Below, piece by piece: positions 1 to 8,156 of a stretch of 64,000 nucleotides of DNA. The position numbers were made by a program, and so were the translations under genes. The DNA is from an uncultured Acidimicrobiaceae bacterium (lineage in GTDB: Bacteria; Actinomycetota; Acidimicrobiia; Spongiisociales; UBA5794): assembly GCA_964416425.1 (NCBI GenBank), contig CAYQEC010000002.1, positions 38,701 to 102,700 on the forward strand. Reading direction: 5' to 3'. The notes under the pieces are model-generated. The model ran no database searches and had not been told where the DNA came from. It saw only the letters and a list, made by a program, of their open reading frames with translations. Position 1 is the stretch's first letter. Each line of letters starts with the position of its first letter.

Positions 1-1324
1 CCTCGTCGGACACTGCGGCGTCGAAGAAGGTCAGGTTGTCGCGGATCGAGGCCCGGAAGAGCTGCACGTCCTGGGTGACCATGCCGACGTGGCGGCGCAG
101 ATCACCGACGACGGCGGAGGGGGCCGGCACCCCGCCGAGGCGCACCTCACCCGAGACGGGATCGTAGAGACGTGACAGGAGGCGGGCCAGGGTGGTCTTG
201 CCGCTTCCGGAACGCCCCAGGACTCCGAGCACGTGCCCGGGCTCGACTCGCAACGAGAGGCCGTGGAGCACGACTTCGTCCTCGTAGGCGAAGGTGACCC
301 CGTCGAGGTCGACGGAAAGCGGTCCGCCCGGCAGGCGGATCGTGCCCGAGGTGTCGAGAACGGAGGTCAACTCGAAGAGGGCCTCGACACGGGCGATCCC
401 TGCCCCCGCCTTCTGGAAGTCCTCCATCTGGGTGCGGATCTGCTCCATCGGGTGCCGCATCATCTCGGTGTAGGCGAAGATCAGGTACACGGATCCGAGC
501 GAGAGGGTCCCGTTGCTGAAGAACAGCGACCCGAGCCAGAACACGAGGGCGGTGCCGACGAGGTACGTCAGGATGCTGGTGCCCCAGAGCGCGGCGAAGC
601 CCATGCGAGCCTGCACCGCGTCGGGGAGCCAGGCCCGATGCATCTCGGTGAAGCGGTGGATCATGTAGGGACTGCCGCCGTTGGCCTGGATGTCCTCGGT
701 GCCGTCGAGCTGCTCACCGACGAAGCCGAAGAAGGCGGCGCTGCGGGCCCGCACCTGCCTCCACAGCGGTACGGCGTACGCCTGGATCCGCAACATGCCG
801 GAGAGGGCGACCAGCGAGAAGAGGGTGAGGCCGAAGCCGACCCAGAGGTTCTCTCGCCACAGCAGCGCCAGGATCCCGGCGATGAGCACGGTGTTGCCGA
901 GCACCCTGATGGTGAACGCCGAGAAGAAGTTCGACAACGAGGTGACGTCGCCGTCGATCCGCTCGATGAGCTCGCCGGGGGTGTGGCTCTTGTGGAAGCC
1001 CATGTCGAGGCCGACGACGTGGGTGGCGAGGTCGGCCCGCATCTCGTTGGTGGCGATCCACCCGACATGTTCGGCCAGGTAGGTGGCCACGACGCCGATG
1101 CCCTGATGGGCGACGGCGATCACGATGAACCAGACGGCGAGCGGGATCAGCTCACCCTTTCCGGCCCCGGTGGTGGCACGGTCGATGAACGTCCGGATGA
1201 ACTGGGGGTTGACGAGCTGGAGGGCGATGCCGACGAACAGCAGAACCGACAGCCAGAGGACGCGAGTCCGAAGTGGACGCAGGTAGTCGGTGAGCAGGCG
1301 CAGGTAGGCGCGTACGGGGATCAT
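1..1324 (-). CDS. ABC transporter fused permease/ATP-binding protein (exporter type); partial, C-terminus runs off the left edge
   Basis: Minus-strand frame from ATG 1324 reads a 6-TM permease domain followed by a nucleotide-binding domain with Walker A GRSGSGKTTL near 190-230; frame is open to position 1; + ORF 233..1435 is its antisense shadow. Confidence 0.85.
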   Translation of the reverse strand, partial: MIPVRAYLRLLTDYLRPLRTRVLWLSVLLFVGIALQLVNPQFIRTFIDRATTGAGKGELIPLAVWFIVIAVAHQGIGVVATYLAEHVGWIATNEMRADLATHVVGLDMGFHKSHTPGELIERIDGDVTSLSNFFSAFTIRVLGNTVLIAGILALLWRENLWVGFGLTLFSLVALSGMLRIQAYAVPLWRQVRARSAAFFGFVGEQLDGTEDIQANGGSPYMIHRFTEMHRAWLPDAVQARMGFAALWGTSILTYLVGTALVFWLGSLFFSNGTLSLGSVYLIFAYTEMMRHPMEQIRTQMEDFQKAGAGIARVEALFELTSVLDTSGTIRLPGGPLSVDLDGVTFAYEDEVVLHGLSLRVEPGHVLGVLGRSGSGKTTLARLLSRLYDPVSGEVRLGGVPAPSAVVGDLRRHVGMVTQDVQLFRASIRDNLTFFDAAVSDE

Positions 1325-1641
1325 GTCGTGCTTTCCATCGGGGAGGCCGGAGCCTCTGGGGACCGTGTCGAAGAGGGCGGCGAAGCCGCCGGCACTGGCT
1401 CATTGACCCGTGAGGGTCAACCTGTCACGCGGTGAGCCGACGCGTGACGATGTCATCTGGATGGCAGAACACCGTCACCTCTTCTCGTCCTCTCTGACCG
1501 CAGGTCGGTCGCACGAACACGAACGGCCGCGGCACCAGTCGGTGTTCACGGCCCGAGGTGACTATGGCAGCGGGCCGGCGGGGTTGTCAAGGAAGGGCGC
1601 ACGGATGAGGGCGGAGGGCCGAGGGCTAACATCGATCGCTC

Positions 1642-2253
1642 GTGGCAGGGAGCAAGCGCAGCAGCGGGCCGGCGCCCCGGTACGAGTACCGGGTGTGGGG
1701 GGAGAACCTCGCCGCGCTCGAGGCCCGGATCGAGGAGGACGGCCACAACGGCCAGCTCCGCAAGAGCGTCGAGACCTACGTCGTCGCTCCCTCCAATCCG
1801 GCGGTCAACCCCAAGATCCGGGGCGGCAAGCTCGACGTCAAAGTGCTGGTGCAAGTTCACGAGGGGCTGGAGCAGTGGGAGCCGCGGTTCAAGGCGGCCT
1901 TCCCGCTCCTGGCCGAGGCGGTGCGGTGTTCCTTCTTCCCGCTGCTCGGCCTCGACGCTCCCGAGCTGCAACGTGACGAGTACACCCGGGAGCAGCTGCT
2001 GGAGGATGTGGTGCGACCCCACCCCGAACTCATGATCGCCAGGATCGGGAAGCGGCGGCGCGGGTTCACCATCGACGGCTGCCTCGCCGAGATCGCCACT
2101 GTCGATTTTGCGGACCGTTCGTTGCAGACGGTGGCGATCGAAGGAGTCGACGCCGCCGAGGTCATCGCGGTGGGGGGCCGGATCGGCCTCGTCGCCCACG
2201 AGAACGTCAGCTACCCGGCGGAGATCTGCCGGCTGGCGGAACAGGCAGCCTGA
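1642..2253 (+). CDS. hypothetical protein, CYTH-like fold with degenerate catalytic motif (EYRVW instead of ExExK)
   Basis: GTG start right after an in-frame TAA; N-terminus RYEYRVWGENLAALEARIEE aligns position-for-position with CyaB-type CYTH N-termini but lacks the second Glu and the Lys; C-terminal GFTIDGCLAEIATVDF resembles the CYTH closing strand. Confidence 0.5.
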   Translation: MAGSKRSSGPAPRYEYRVWGENLAALEARIEEDGHNGQLRKSVETYVVAPSNPAVNPKIRGGKLDVKVLVQVHEGLEQWEPRFKAAFPLLAEAVRCSFFPLLGLDAPELQRDEYTREQLLEDVVRPHPELMIARIGKRRRGFTIDGCLAEIATVDFADRSLQTVAIEGVDAAEVIAVGGRIGLVAHENVSYPAEICRLAEQAA

Positions 2254-2272
2254 GGCGGGGAGGAGACTGCAG

Positions 2273-2737
2273 ATGGGGCAGGAGATCGAGCGCAAATTCC
2301 TGGTCCTCGGCGACGCCTGGCGCCACGACGCGGCGGGCACCGTGTACCGCCAGGGGTACCTGTCGACCGTCAAAGAGCGGACGGTGAGGGTCCGCACGAT
2401 TGGTGAGCGCGGCTTCCTCACCGTCAAGGGCCTCACGGTGGGGGCGACCCGCAGCGAATTCGAATACGAGATCCCGGTCGACGACGCGGACCGGATGCTC
2501 GACGGGCTGTGCGAGCGGCCCCTCATCGAGAAGACCCGGTACGTCGTCGCCACCGGCGGCCACGACTGGGAGATCGACGAGTTCGCCGGCGAGAACGCCG
2601 GTCTCATCGTCGCCGAGGTCGAGCTGGAGGCCGAGGACGAAGCGGTCGAGCTGCCCGCCTGGGCGGGGGAGGAAGTCACCGGCGACCCTCGCTACTACAA
2701 CGCCAACCTCATCGCCCATCCCTTCTCGCGCTGGTAG
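2273..2737 (+). CDS. CYTH domain protein (CyaB-like class IV adenylyl cyclase / inorganic triphosphatase family)
   Basis: MGQEIERKFLVLGD carries the canonical ExExK signature; SD GGAGGAG 8 nt upstream of ATG 2273; stop TAG 2735-2737. Confidence 0.85.
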   Translation: MGQEIERKFLVLGDAWRHDAAGTVYRQGYLSTVKERTVRVRTIGERGFLTVKGLTVGATRSEFEYEIPVDDADRMLDGLCERPLIEKTRYVVATGGHDWEIDEFAGENAGLIVAEVELEAEDEAVELPAWAGEEVTGDPRYYNANLIAHPFSRW

Positions 2738-2805
2738 GCGGTCTGCCCTTCACTTACTCCCGGGATGGGGGGAAGATGGAGACAGCGACGAGAGGAGCCG
2801 ACTGC

Positions 2806-2985
2806 ATGGGTCATGTGACTGGTTTCCGCCGTGGGGGCCGCGACCTCACCCATCACTTCGAAGGCGGACGGGTCCATCGTTCCAAGGCGTCGCGGGCTTA
2901 CGAGGAACGGCTCGAGCGGCACCGCAAGCTCCACGAGCGGGAGCGCGGCAACACCGAGGAGCAGGAAGGCGACGACGAGTCCTGA
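2806..2985 (+). CDS. small hypothetical protein (59 aa, highly charged C-terminus); alternative start at ATG 2776
   Basis: SD GAGGAG 9 nt upstream of ATG 2806; MGHVTGFRRGGRDLTHHFEGGRVH...EEQEGDDES; follows the CYTH gene in the same direction. Confidence 0.45.
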   Translation: MGHVTGFRRGGRDLTHHFEGGRVHRSKASRAYEERLERHRKLHERERGNTEEQEGDDES

Positions 2986-3171
2986 GCGCTTCCTCGTCCC
3001 TCCTGGGATCAGGGGGGACCGGCGAGCCATGCTGTCGTTGCCCCTTGCGGAAAAGGGGGGACCGATGAAGCGCCAGCGAGGCTGGCGGCTGAGTCGAGGG
3101 GGGTGTGCAGTGAGGCGGCGGAACCGTGACTCTCCTCGAATCGTTCGCCTTCGGCGGACTCTTCGACCCTC

Positions 3172-4371
3172 CTACTCGGCCGCCTTCCAGGCGTCCCGCA
3201 GCCTCACCTTGGCGCCGAGCCGCAGGATGGCGCCGGCGTAGATCCTGCCGCCGAGGCGGATCAGGCCGTAGGTGGCGGCGAGCAGCAGCCCGACCGACAC
3301 CGCCACCTCCCACAGCGGAACCGAGGTCACGGCCATGCGGGTCGGCATCACCATCGGCGAGGTGGGCGGGATCAAGGACGTGATCCGCACCAGCGTGGTG
3401 GTGGGATCGTCGAGCGCCAGGATCGAGATGAAGAACCCGGGGATGAGCAACAGCACCGGGATCATCGCCACGCTCTGGATGTCCTCCTGGCGGGACACGG
3501 TGGCTCCGAGGGCGGCATAGATGACGCTGTAGAAGGCGTACCCGAGCAGGAACCAGGCGACGACCGAGAGCAGGATGCTGCCCCCCAGGCTGGGAAGGGA
3601 GACGTCGGCGATCTCGAACGTGGTGAGCGACAGCAGGATGGCGCCGCCGAGGATCACCACCTGCGCCAGGCCGAGCAGGCCGATGCCGATGACCTTCCCG
3701 GCGAGGACCTGGTAGGGGCGCACCCGCGACAGCACCACCTCGACGACGCGGCTCGACTTCTCCTCGGTCACGCCCATCATCACGAACTGGCCGAACATGA
3801 GGATCGCCATGTAGAGCAGGAAGGTGCCGATGTTGGCGCCGATGCGGCGCGGCCCCTCCTCGGGGTCCTCCTGCTGCAATCGCTGGTTGGGGAGCGGCGG
3901 CGGCGCCACCAGGGCGTTGACCTGCTCGGGGGTGAGCCCCAGCTCGGCGGCCTGCTGGCGGCGGGCGAGGTCGTCCACGGCGCCGTTGACGATGGCTGCG
4001 AGGCGGAGATCGGGATCGGCCTTCCACACCAGGTTCGAGGTGCCGACGAGGGCGACGGCGGCGTCGCCGTCCTGCACCGCCTGCTCGGCGGTGGCGGCAT
4101 CCGGGTAGCGGCGCACGTCGATGTCGACGTCGAAGGCGGCGGCGGCGCTGTCGAGGGCGGCCTCGATGCCGGCAGGCGCCTCCCCGGCGACCCCGATGAC
4201 AGAGGTCGGCTCGTCCCGCGTCTCCCAGGCGATGAGCTGGCCGAGGAACAGCACCAACCCGACCACGAGCACCATCGTGACCAGGAAGGCACGGCTGCGC
4301 GCCCGCTGCTTGATTTCACGGACGGCGATGTGCCGGATCTGGGTGACGCTCTTCATCCGTCGACCGCTCAT
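3172..4371 (-). CDS. ABC-2 family transporter permease
   Basis: MSGRRMKSVTQIRHIAVREIKQR... followed by multiple TM segments typical of ABC-2/NatB-type permeases; ATG at 4371 overlaps the upstream gene's stop (ATGA), implying translational coupling. Confidence 0.85.
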   Translation of the reverse strand: MSGRRMKSVTQIRHIAVREIKQRARSRAFLVTMVLVVGLVLFLGQLIAWETRDEPTSVIGVAGEAPAGIEAALDSAAAAFDVDIDVRRYPDAATAEQAVQDGDAAVALVGTSNLVWKADPDLRLAAIVNGAVDDLARRQQAAELGLTPEQVNALVAPPPLPNQRLQQEDPEEGPRRIGANIGTFLLYMAILMFGQFVMMGVTEEKSSRVVEVVLSRVRPYQVLAGKVIGIGLLGLAQVVILGGAILLSLTTFEIADVSLPSLGGSILLSVVAWFLLGYAFYSVIYAALGATVSRQEDIQSVAMIPVLLLIPGFFISILALDDPTTTLVRITSLIPPTSPMVMPTRMAVTSVPLWEVAVSVGLLLAATYGLIRLGGRIYAGAILRLGAKVRLRDAWKAAE

Positions 4372-5252
4372 CGCGCCACCGCCTCCCGGAACAGGTCGGA
4401 GAGGCTGGGCGGCTCGAAGGCGAAGCGGGTGACCTCGCCTTCCTGCTGTGCCCGCGCCAGGATCTGGTCGATGCCGGTGTCGTGCCGGGCCAGGTAGCGG
4501 GGCCGGCCTTTGCGGCTCTCGATCCGTTCCACCCCCGGAATGTCGGGCGCCCACGGGGCACCGTCGACTTCGACGACGAGGTGACGGTGCTCGGAGCGGG
4601 CCCGCAGCGTGTCGAGGTCGCCGGTGAGCACCACCCGGCCCTGGTGGATGATGACGACGTCTTGGCAGACGTCCTCCACCAGATCGAGCTGGTGGCTGGA
4701 GAAGATGATGCCGACGCCGGAGGCTGCCAGGGTGTGCAACGTCTCGGCCAGTGCCTCCATCCCGATCGGATCGAGTCCGGCGAAGGGCTCGTCGAGCACG
4801 GCGAGCTCGGGGTCGTGCACCAGCGCCGCCGCCAGCTGGACCCGCTGCTGGTTGCCGTGTGACAGCTCCTCCAGCTTGGAGGAGGCCCGGTCGCTGAGGC
4901 CGAAGGTGGTGAGCCAGCGATCGGCCGCCTCGTTCGCCTCGGTGCGTCCCAGCCCGGAGAGCCGGGCGAAGTAGACGAGTTGCTCCCGGATCGTCATCTT
5001 CGGGTAGAGGCCGCGTTCCTCAGGCATGTAGCCGAAGCGGAGCCGCTGTTCGGGAGTGACCGGCTCGCCGTTCCACCGCACCTCACCGGCGTCGGGGCGG
5101 ACGAGCCCGAAGATGCACCGCATCGCGGTGGTCTTGCCGGCTCCGTTCGGGCCGAGGAACCCGAGGATGCGGCCGGGTTGCACCTCGAAGGTGGCGCCGT
5201 CGAGGGCGACGACGTCACCAAAACGTTTCACGATCCCCAGGCAGGACAGCAC
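4368..5252 (-). CDS. ABC transporter ATP-binding protein (ABC-2/NatA-like)
   Basis: Walker A GPNGAGKTT, signature LSHGNQQRV, Walker B LAVLDEP; GTG 5252 preceded by SD GAGGAG; the upstream in-frame ATG at 5309 is a less likely start. Confidence 0.85.
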   Translation of the reverse strand: MLSCLGIVKRFGDVVALDGATFEVQPGRILGFLGPNGAGKTTAMRCIFGLVRPDAGEVRWNGEPVTPEQRLRFGYMPEERGLYPKMTIREQLVYFARLSGLGRTEANEAADRWLTTFGLSDRASSKLEELSHGNQQRVQLAAALVHDPELAVLDEPFAGLDPIGMEALAETLHTLAASGVGIIFSSHQLDLVEDVCQDVVIIHQGRVVLTGDLDTLRARSEHRHLVVEVDGAPWAPDIPGVERIESRKGRPRYLARHDTGIDQILARAQQEGEVTRFAFEPPSLSDLFREAVAR

Positions 5253-5399
5253 TTCGTCTCCTCGCCACACGATGCAGAGTGCCGAAGGTCGGCACCCTAG
5301 TAGGAGCATCGGGCCCTTTCCGGAGAGTGGAACGGCCCGAGCGGCGTATTCCGGTCGGGAGTACGCTCGGATCGAGGTGCCCGCTGCGAGGAGGTTGTG

Positions 5400-5894
5400 A
5401 TGACACGGGTGCTGGTGGCGTACGCATCAAAACGGGGCGGGACGGGAGGCATCGCCGAGGCCGTCGCCGACCGCCTCCGGGAAGACAATCTGGACGTCGA
5501 TCTGTCTCCGGCGGGGAAGGCCCGGTCGTTCCGGGACTACGACGCCGTGGTGCTGGGGAGTGCCCTCTACGCCGGGCGGTGGCAATCCGACGCGATCCGG
5601 GCGCTGCGCCGGCTCGCCAAGGACCCGCAGCACCCGCCGGTGTGGATCTTCCACAGCGGGCCGCTCGGTGACGAGGGGGCGTCCAAGCCACAGAAGCTCC
5701 CTGGCAAGGTGGCGGCCCTCGCCGAGAAGGTCGGGGCACCGCCGGTGGAGACGATCGGAGGCCGGCTCGAGCCCGACGCCAAGGGCTTCATCGCCTCCAA
5801 GATGACCAAGAATGTGGCCGGCGACTGGCGAGACCCGGAGCAGATCCGGGCTTTCGCCGACCGGGTGGCGGCGGCGTTGCGCGTCGCCGGCTGA
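5400..5894 (+). CDS. flavodoxin-like fold protein (flavodoxin/WrbA/HemG-like family)
   Basis: MTRVLVAYASKRGGTGGIAEAVADRL... flavodoxin FMN-binding N-terminus; SD GAGGAGG 6 nt before ATG 5400 (a GTG at 5397 is also possible). Confidence 0.75.
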   Translation: MTRVLVAYASKRGGTGGIAEAVADRLREDNLDVDLSPAGKARSFRDYDAVVLGSALYAGRWQSDAIRALRRLAKDPQHPPVWIFHSGPLGDEGASKPQKLPGKVAALAEKVGAPPVETIGGRLEPDAKGFIASKMTKNVAGDWRDPEQIRAFADRVAAALRVAG

Positions 5895-5967
5895 GACGAT
5901 CGCCTCGATTCCGCACTGCGACGCCGGCGAGTTCCGCCGGTCGGAGCTTGGGCCCGCGCCACCGTAC

Positions 5968-5996
5968 TTGACACCCGCGTTCTGGCCTGGCATAGT
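5968..5996 (+). promoter_or_regulatory. sigma-70/SigA-like promoter candidate: TTGACA - 17 nt - CATAGT
   Basis: -35 TTGACA 5968-5973, 17-nt spacer, -10 CATAGT 5991-5996; about 75 nt upstream of the small ORF at 6077. Confidence 0.45.
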
Positions 5997-6076
5997 GCCG
6001 CCTCGGCCGTGACACCCCTCCGGGGGAGTTGCGGCGTATTTCGTATCTGGAACCGACGACGAGAGAGGAGGGGCCG

Positions 6077-6217
6077 ATGAAGACGATCAATCGCCGTGAT
6101 CTCACCACGTTCTGCATTGGTGCGCCCCTCACCGGGGACGTGCCCGGCAGCACGGTCGGTGCCTTCGGCACCGGCACCCCGGCTCCTCTCGGCCGTGGAG
6201 ACGAGAACTTCCACTAA
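6077..6217 (+). CDS. small protein, 46 aa (MKTINRRDLTTFCIGAPLTGDVPGSTVGAFGTGTPAPLGRGDENFH), function unknown
   Basis: Strong SD GAGGAGGGG 6066-6074 and ATG 6077; GC3 about 78% (lower than neighbouring genes) but GC3 > GC1 as expected for coding; own promoter upstream and terminator downstream. Confidence 0.5.
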   Translation: MKTINRRDLTTFCIGAPLTGDVPGSTVGAFGTGTPAPLGRGDENFH

Positions 6218-6246
6218 CCGTTCCGTCCCGCCGATTCCGTAGAGGA

Positions 6247-6270
6247 GCCGCCCCCGGGGCGGCTTTCTTC
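6247..6270 (+). terminator. intrinsic terminator candidate (GC hairpin AGCCGCCC/GGGCGGCT followed by TTTCTTC)
   Basis: Inverted repeat 6247-6264 followed by a T-rich run; sits 30 nt after the stop of the 46-aa ORF. Confidence 0.5.
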
Positions 6271-6292
6271 ACGGCCCCACCCGGGATCCCCT

Positions 6293-6342
6293 GGAACGGG
6301 TCTCGTCGGGAGATTCCAGAGGTTCGATCCCTCCCCGTTCCG
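6293..6342 (+). other. tRNA-like minihelix / tRNA 3'-end remnant (canonical T-arm plus 7-bp acceptor pairing; no D or anticodon arm)
   Basis: T-arm AGAGG-TTCGATC-CCTCC 6318-6334 (G53, T54 T55 C56 G57 A58, C61 all canonical) followed by CCGTTCC+G; the complementary GGAACGG sits at 6293-6299; total span only 49 nt. Confidence 0.4.
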
Positions 6343-6387
6343 CGACGGCGAACCCGTCACGTTGCTTCGCAGGCCACCGAGCCGGCG

Positions 6388-6750
6388 TCACGGCCTGATC
6401 AGCCGGCCGGCGGCCCTCGATGCGGCGTGGCGGGCTCGTCGCCACCCAGAAGGAGCAGGTACGAGTGCGAGAGGAGGGAAGCAGTGCAATACGTACCCCA
6501 CCAACAGCGCATTGAGCGGGTCGTCGCTCAGCACGGCGCCGTCGCATGGCGCCTGCCGCGCCGGGCCGACGAGCAGCGGCGCAGCCGTGTCCGGCAGCAC
6601 GATGCCGCCCGCCAGATGCTCCACGCCCGATGACCGGTTCCAGACCGGAGACCAGGCGCAGAGGAGCCGAATCGCCGGCGGCGGGGCGGCCCTACCCCGG
6701 GGCCGCCCCCCGTCCGGTGAGTCCTTGATTCGCTCACCGTTGCGGCGCAC
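6388..6750 (-). CDS. hypothetical protein (120 aa); coding strand ambiguous
   Basis: GC3 about 90% on the minus strand; the overlapping + strand small ORF 6484..6633 (SD GAGAGGAGGG plus GTG) is an alternative; no recognisable family. Confidence 0.25.
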   Translation of the reverse strand: MRRNGERIKDSPDGGRPRGRAAPPPAIRLLCAWSPVWNRSSGVEHLAGGIVLPDTAAPLLVGPARQAPCDGAVLSDDPLNALLVGYVLHCFPPLALVPAPSGWRRARHAASRAAGRLIRP

Positions 6751-6779
6751 GATGGCGGGGTCGGACCCGAGGAGGAATC

Positions 6780-7193
6780 ATGATCTCGCCGCCACCGGTC
6801 ACCGAAGAGGCGGTCTCCGCCTCCCGCTTCTTGCGCGGCGTCCTGTGGACCGACGCCTGGGTGTCGGGGGCATTCCTGCTGCTGCTGGTGGTGTTGGCCG
6901 GCCCGGTGGGCCGGTTCGCCGACGTGCCGTTCGGTGTGCCGCTCGGGATCGGGCTGGCGCTGATGCCCTGGGTCGTCATGGTGGTTTGGGTGGTGCGTCG
7001 CGTCCCGCCGGCGATCGGCGGCGCCGCAGCCGTCGTCGCCGGGAACCTGGTGGGCGTGGCCGCCATCGTGGTGGTGGTGGTCGCCTTCCCCGACGCCCTC
7101 CTCGCCCGCGCCGAATGGGCGCTTGGGGCCGTCGGGTTGGGGATGCTCGACCTGGCGATCTTGGAATGGATCGGGATGCGGCGGGCCCGCTGA
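6780..7193 (+). CDS. hypothetical membrane protein (137 aa, 3-4 TM helices)
   Basis: SD GAGGAGGA immediately before ATG 6780; hydrophobic segments LLLLVVLAGP, MPWVVMVVWVV, VGVAAIVVVVVAF. Confidence 0.6.
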   Translation: MISPPPVTEEAVSASRFLRGVLWTDAWVSGAFLLLLVVLAGPVGRFADVPFGVPLGIGLALMPWVVMVVWVVRRVPPAIGGAAAVVAGNLVGVAAIVVVVVAFPDALLARAEWALGAVGLGMLDLAILEWIGMRRAR

Positions 7194-7202
7194 CCGATCC
7201 GC

Positions 7203-8045
7203 TCAGCCGGGCGGGCCCTCCATGATCCGCTCGATCCAGGTCTGCAGCGCCATCCCCGATGCCGGGTCCCACCCCTCCCGCCACCAGGTGGCCCCGGCGG
7301 CGGCGAGCGCTGCCGCCTCGTCGCGTCCGGTGGCGCCCCTGGTCAGGACCGAGCCCGCCACCGCGACTTCGAACGGTTCCGCAGGGGAGCGATGCTCGGC
7401 GACCAGGGCCAGCATCGCCTCCACGTCGGCCGGGGTGATGTCCCGGAACTCACCGTGCTCGAAGGCGATCGGGGCGACCCCGTCCCAGCGGGCCGCCCGC
7501 CGGAACGGACGCCGGCTCGGCCACATCCCGGCCACCCAGATCGGGATGCGGGGCTGCTGCAGCGGCTTGGGGAGGAAGGTCACCGGCCCGACCCGGTAGT
7601 GCTCGCCGGAGTGTTCGAATGGCTCGCCGGTCCACAAACCGGTGATCACCTCGAGACCCTCGTCGAGCATGTCGGCCCGGGCCCGATTGTCGACCGGCAG
7701 CCCGAAGCGGCCGAACTCCTCCTCCGGCGGGTAACCGATGCCGACACCCAGCACCAGCCTCCCCTCGCTGAGCAGGTCGATGCTCACCGCCTCCCGCGCC
7801 AGCTTCCAGGGATGGCGGCGAGGCAGCGGCGTCACCATCGACATCAAGGTGAGGCGCTCGGTCGCCGTCGCCGCCACCGCCAGCAGCACCCATGGGTCGG
7901 CTACCTCGTTCCCGTCCCAGGCCAGGATGTGATCCCACAGCGAGAGCCCGTCCCAACCGGCTCGTTCCACCCCGGCGGCGAAGCCCGCCATCCGGCGCGG
8001 ATCGGCCCAGTACCCGAAGTTGGGGACGTCGACCGCGTACTTCAC
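7203..8045 (-). CDS. LLM class F420-dependent oxidoreductase (luciferase-like monooxygenase family)
   Basis: MKYAVDVPNFGYWADPRRMAGFAAGVERAGWDGLSLWDHI... and GVGIGYPPEEEFGRFG typical of the TIGR03619/LLM family. Confidence 0.85.
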   Translation of the reverse strand: MKYAVDVPNFGYWADPRRMAGFAAGVERAGWDGLSLWDHILAWDGNEVADPWVLLAVAATATERLTLMSMVTPLPRRHPWKLAREAVSIDLLSEGRLVLGVGIGYPPEEEFGRFGLPVDNRARADMLDEGLEVITGLWTGEPFEHSGEHYRVGPVTFLPKPLQQPRIPIWVAGMWPSRRPFRRAARWDGVAPIAFEHGEFRDITPADVEAMLALVAEHRSPAEPFEVAVAGSVLTRGATGRDEAAALAAAGATWWREGWDPASGMALQTWIERIMEGPPG

Positions 8046-8156
8046 CGCCTCACCCTACCGGCGGCGGCGCCGCCGACCCGAAGACGATTTGGTGGAATCA
8101 TCTCCGTCATCTAGACAGGCTCCCGCGGTATCGGAGGACTGGGAGACCGCGCAACA

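Noticed and set aside
233-1435. 400-aa + strand ORF
   Set aside because: Antisense shadow of the clearly recognisable minus-strand ABC exporter gene (Walker A, TM domain); low-complexity Gly/Glu/Arg-rich product
2846-4027. 393-aa minus-strand Arg/Pro/Gly-rich ORF
   Set aside because: Overlaps the ABC-2 permease in another frame; composition typical of a non-coding high-GC frame
6293-6342. Complete tRNA gene
   Set aside because: Only T-arm and acceptor pairing are present (49 nt); no D-arm or anticodon arm can be formed; kept as a tRNA-like remnant
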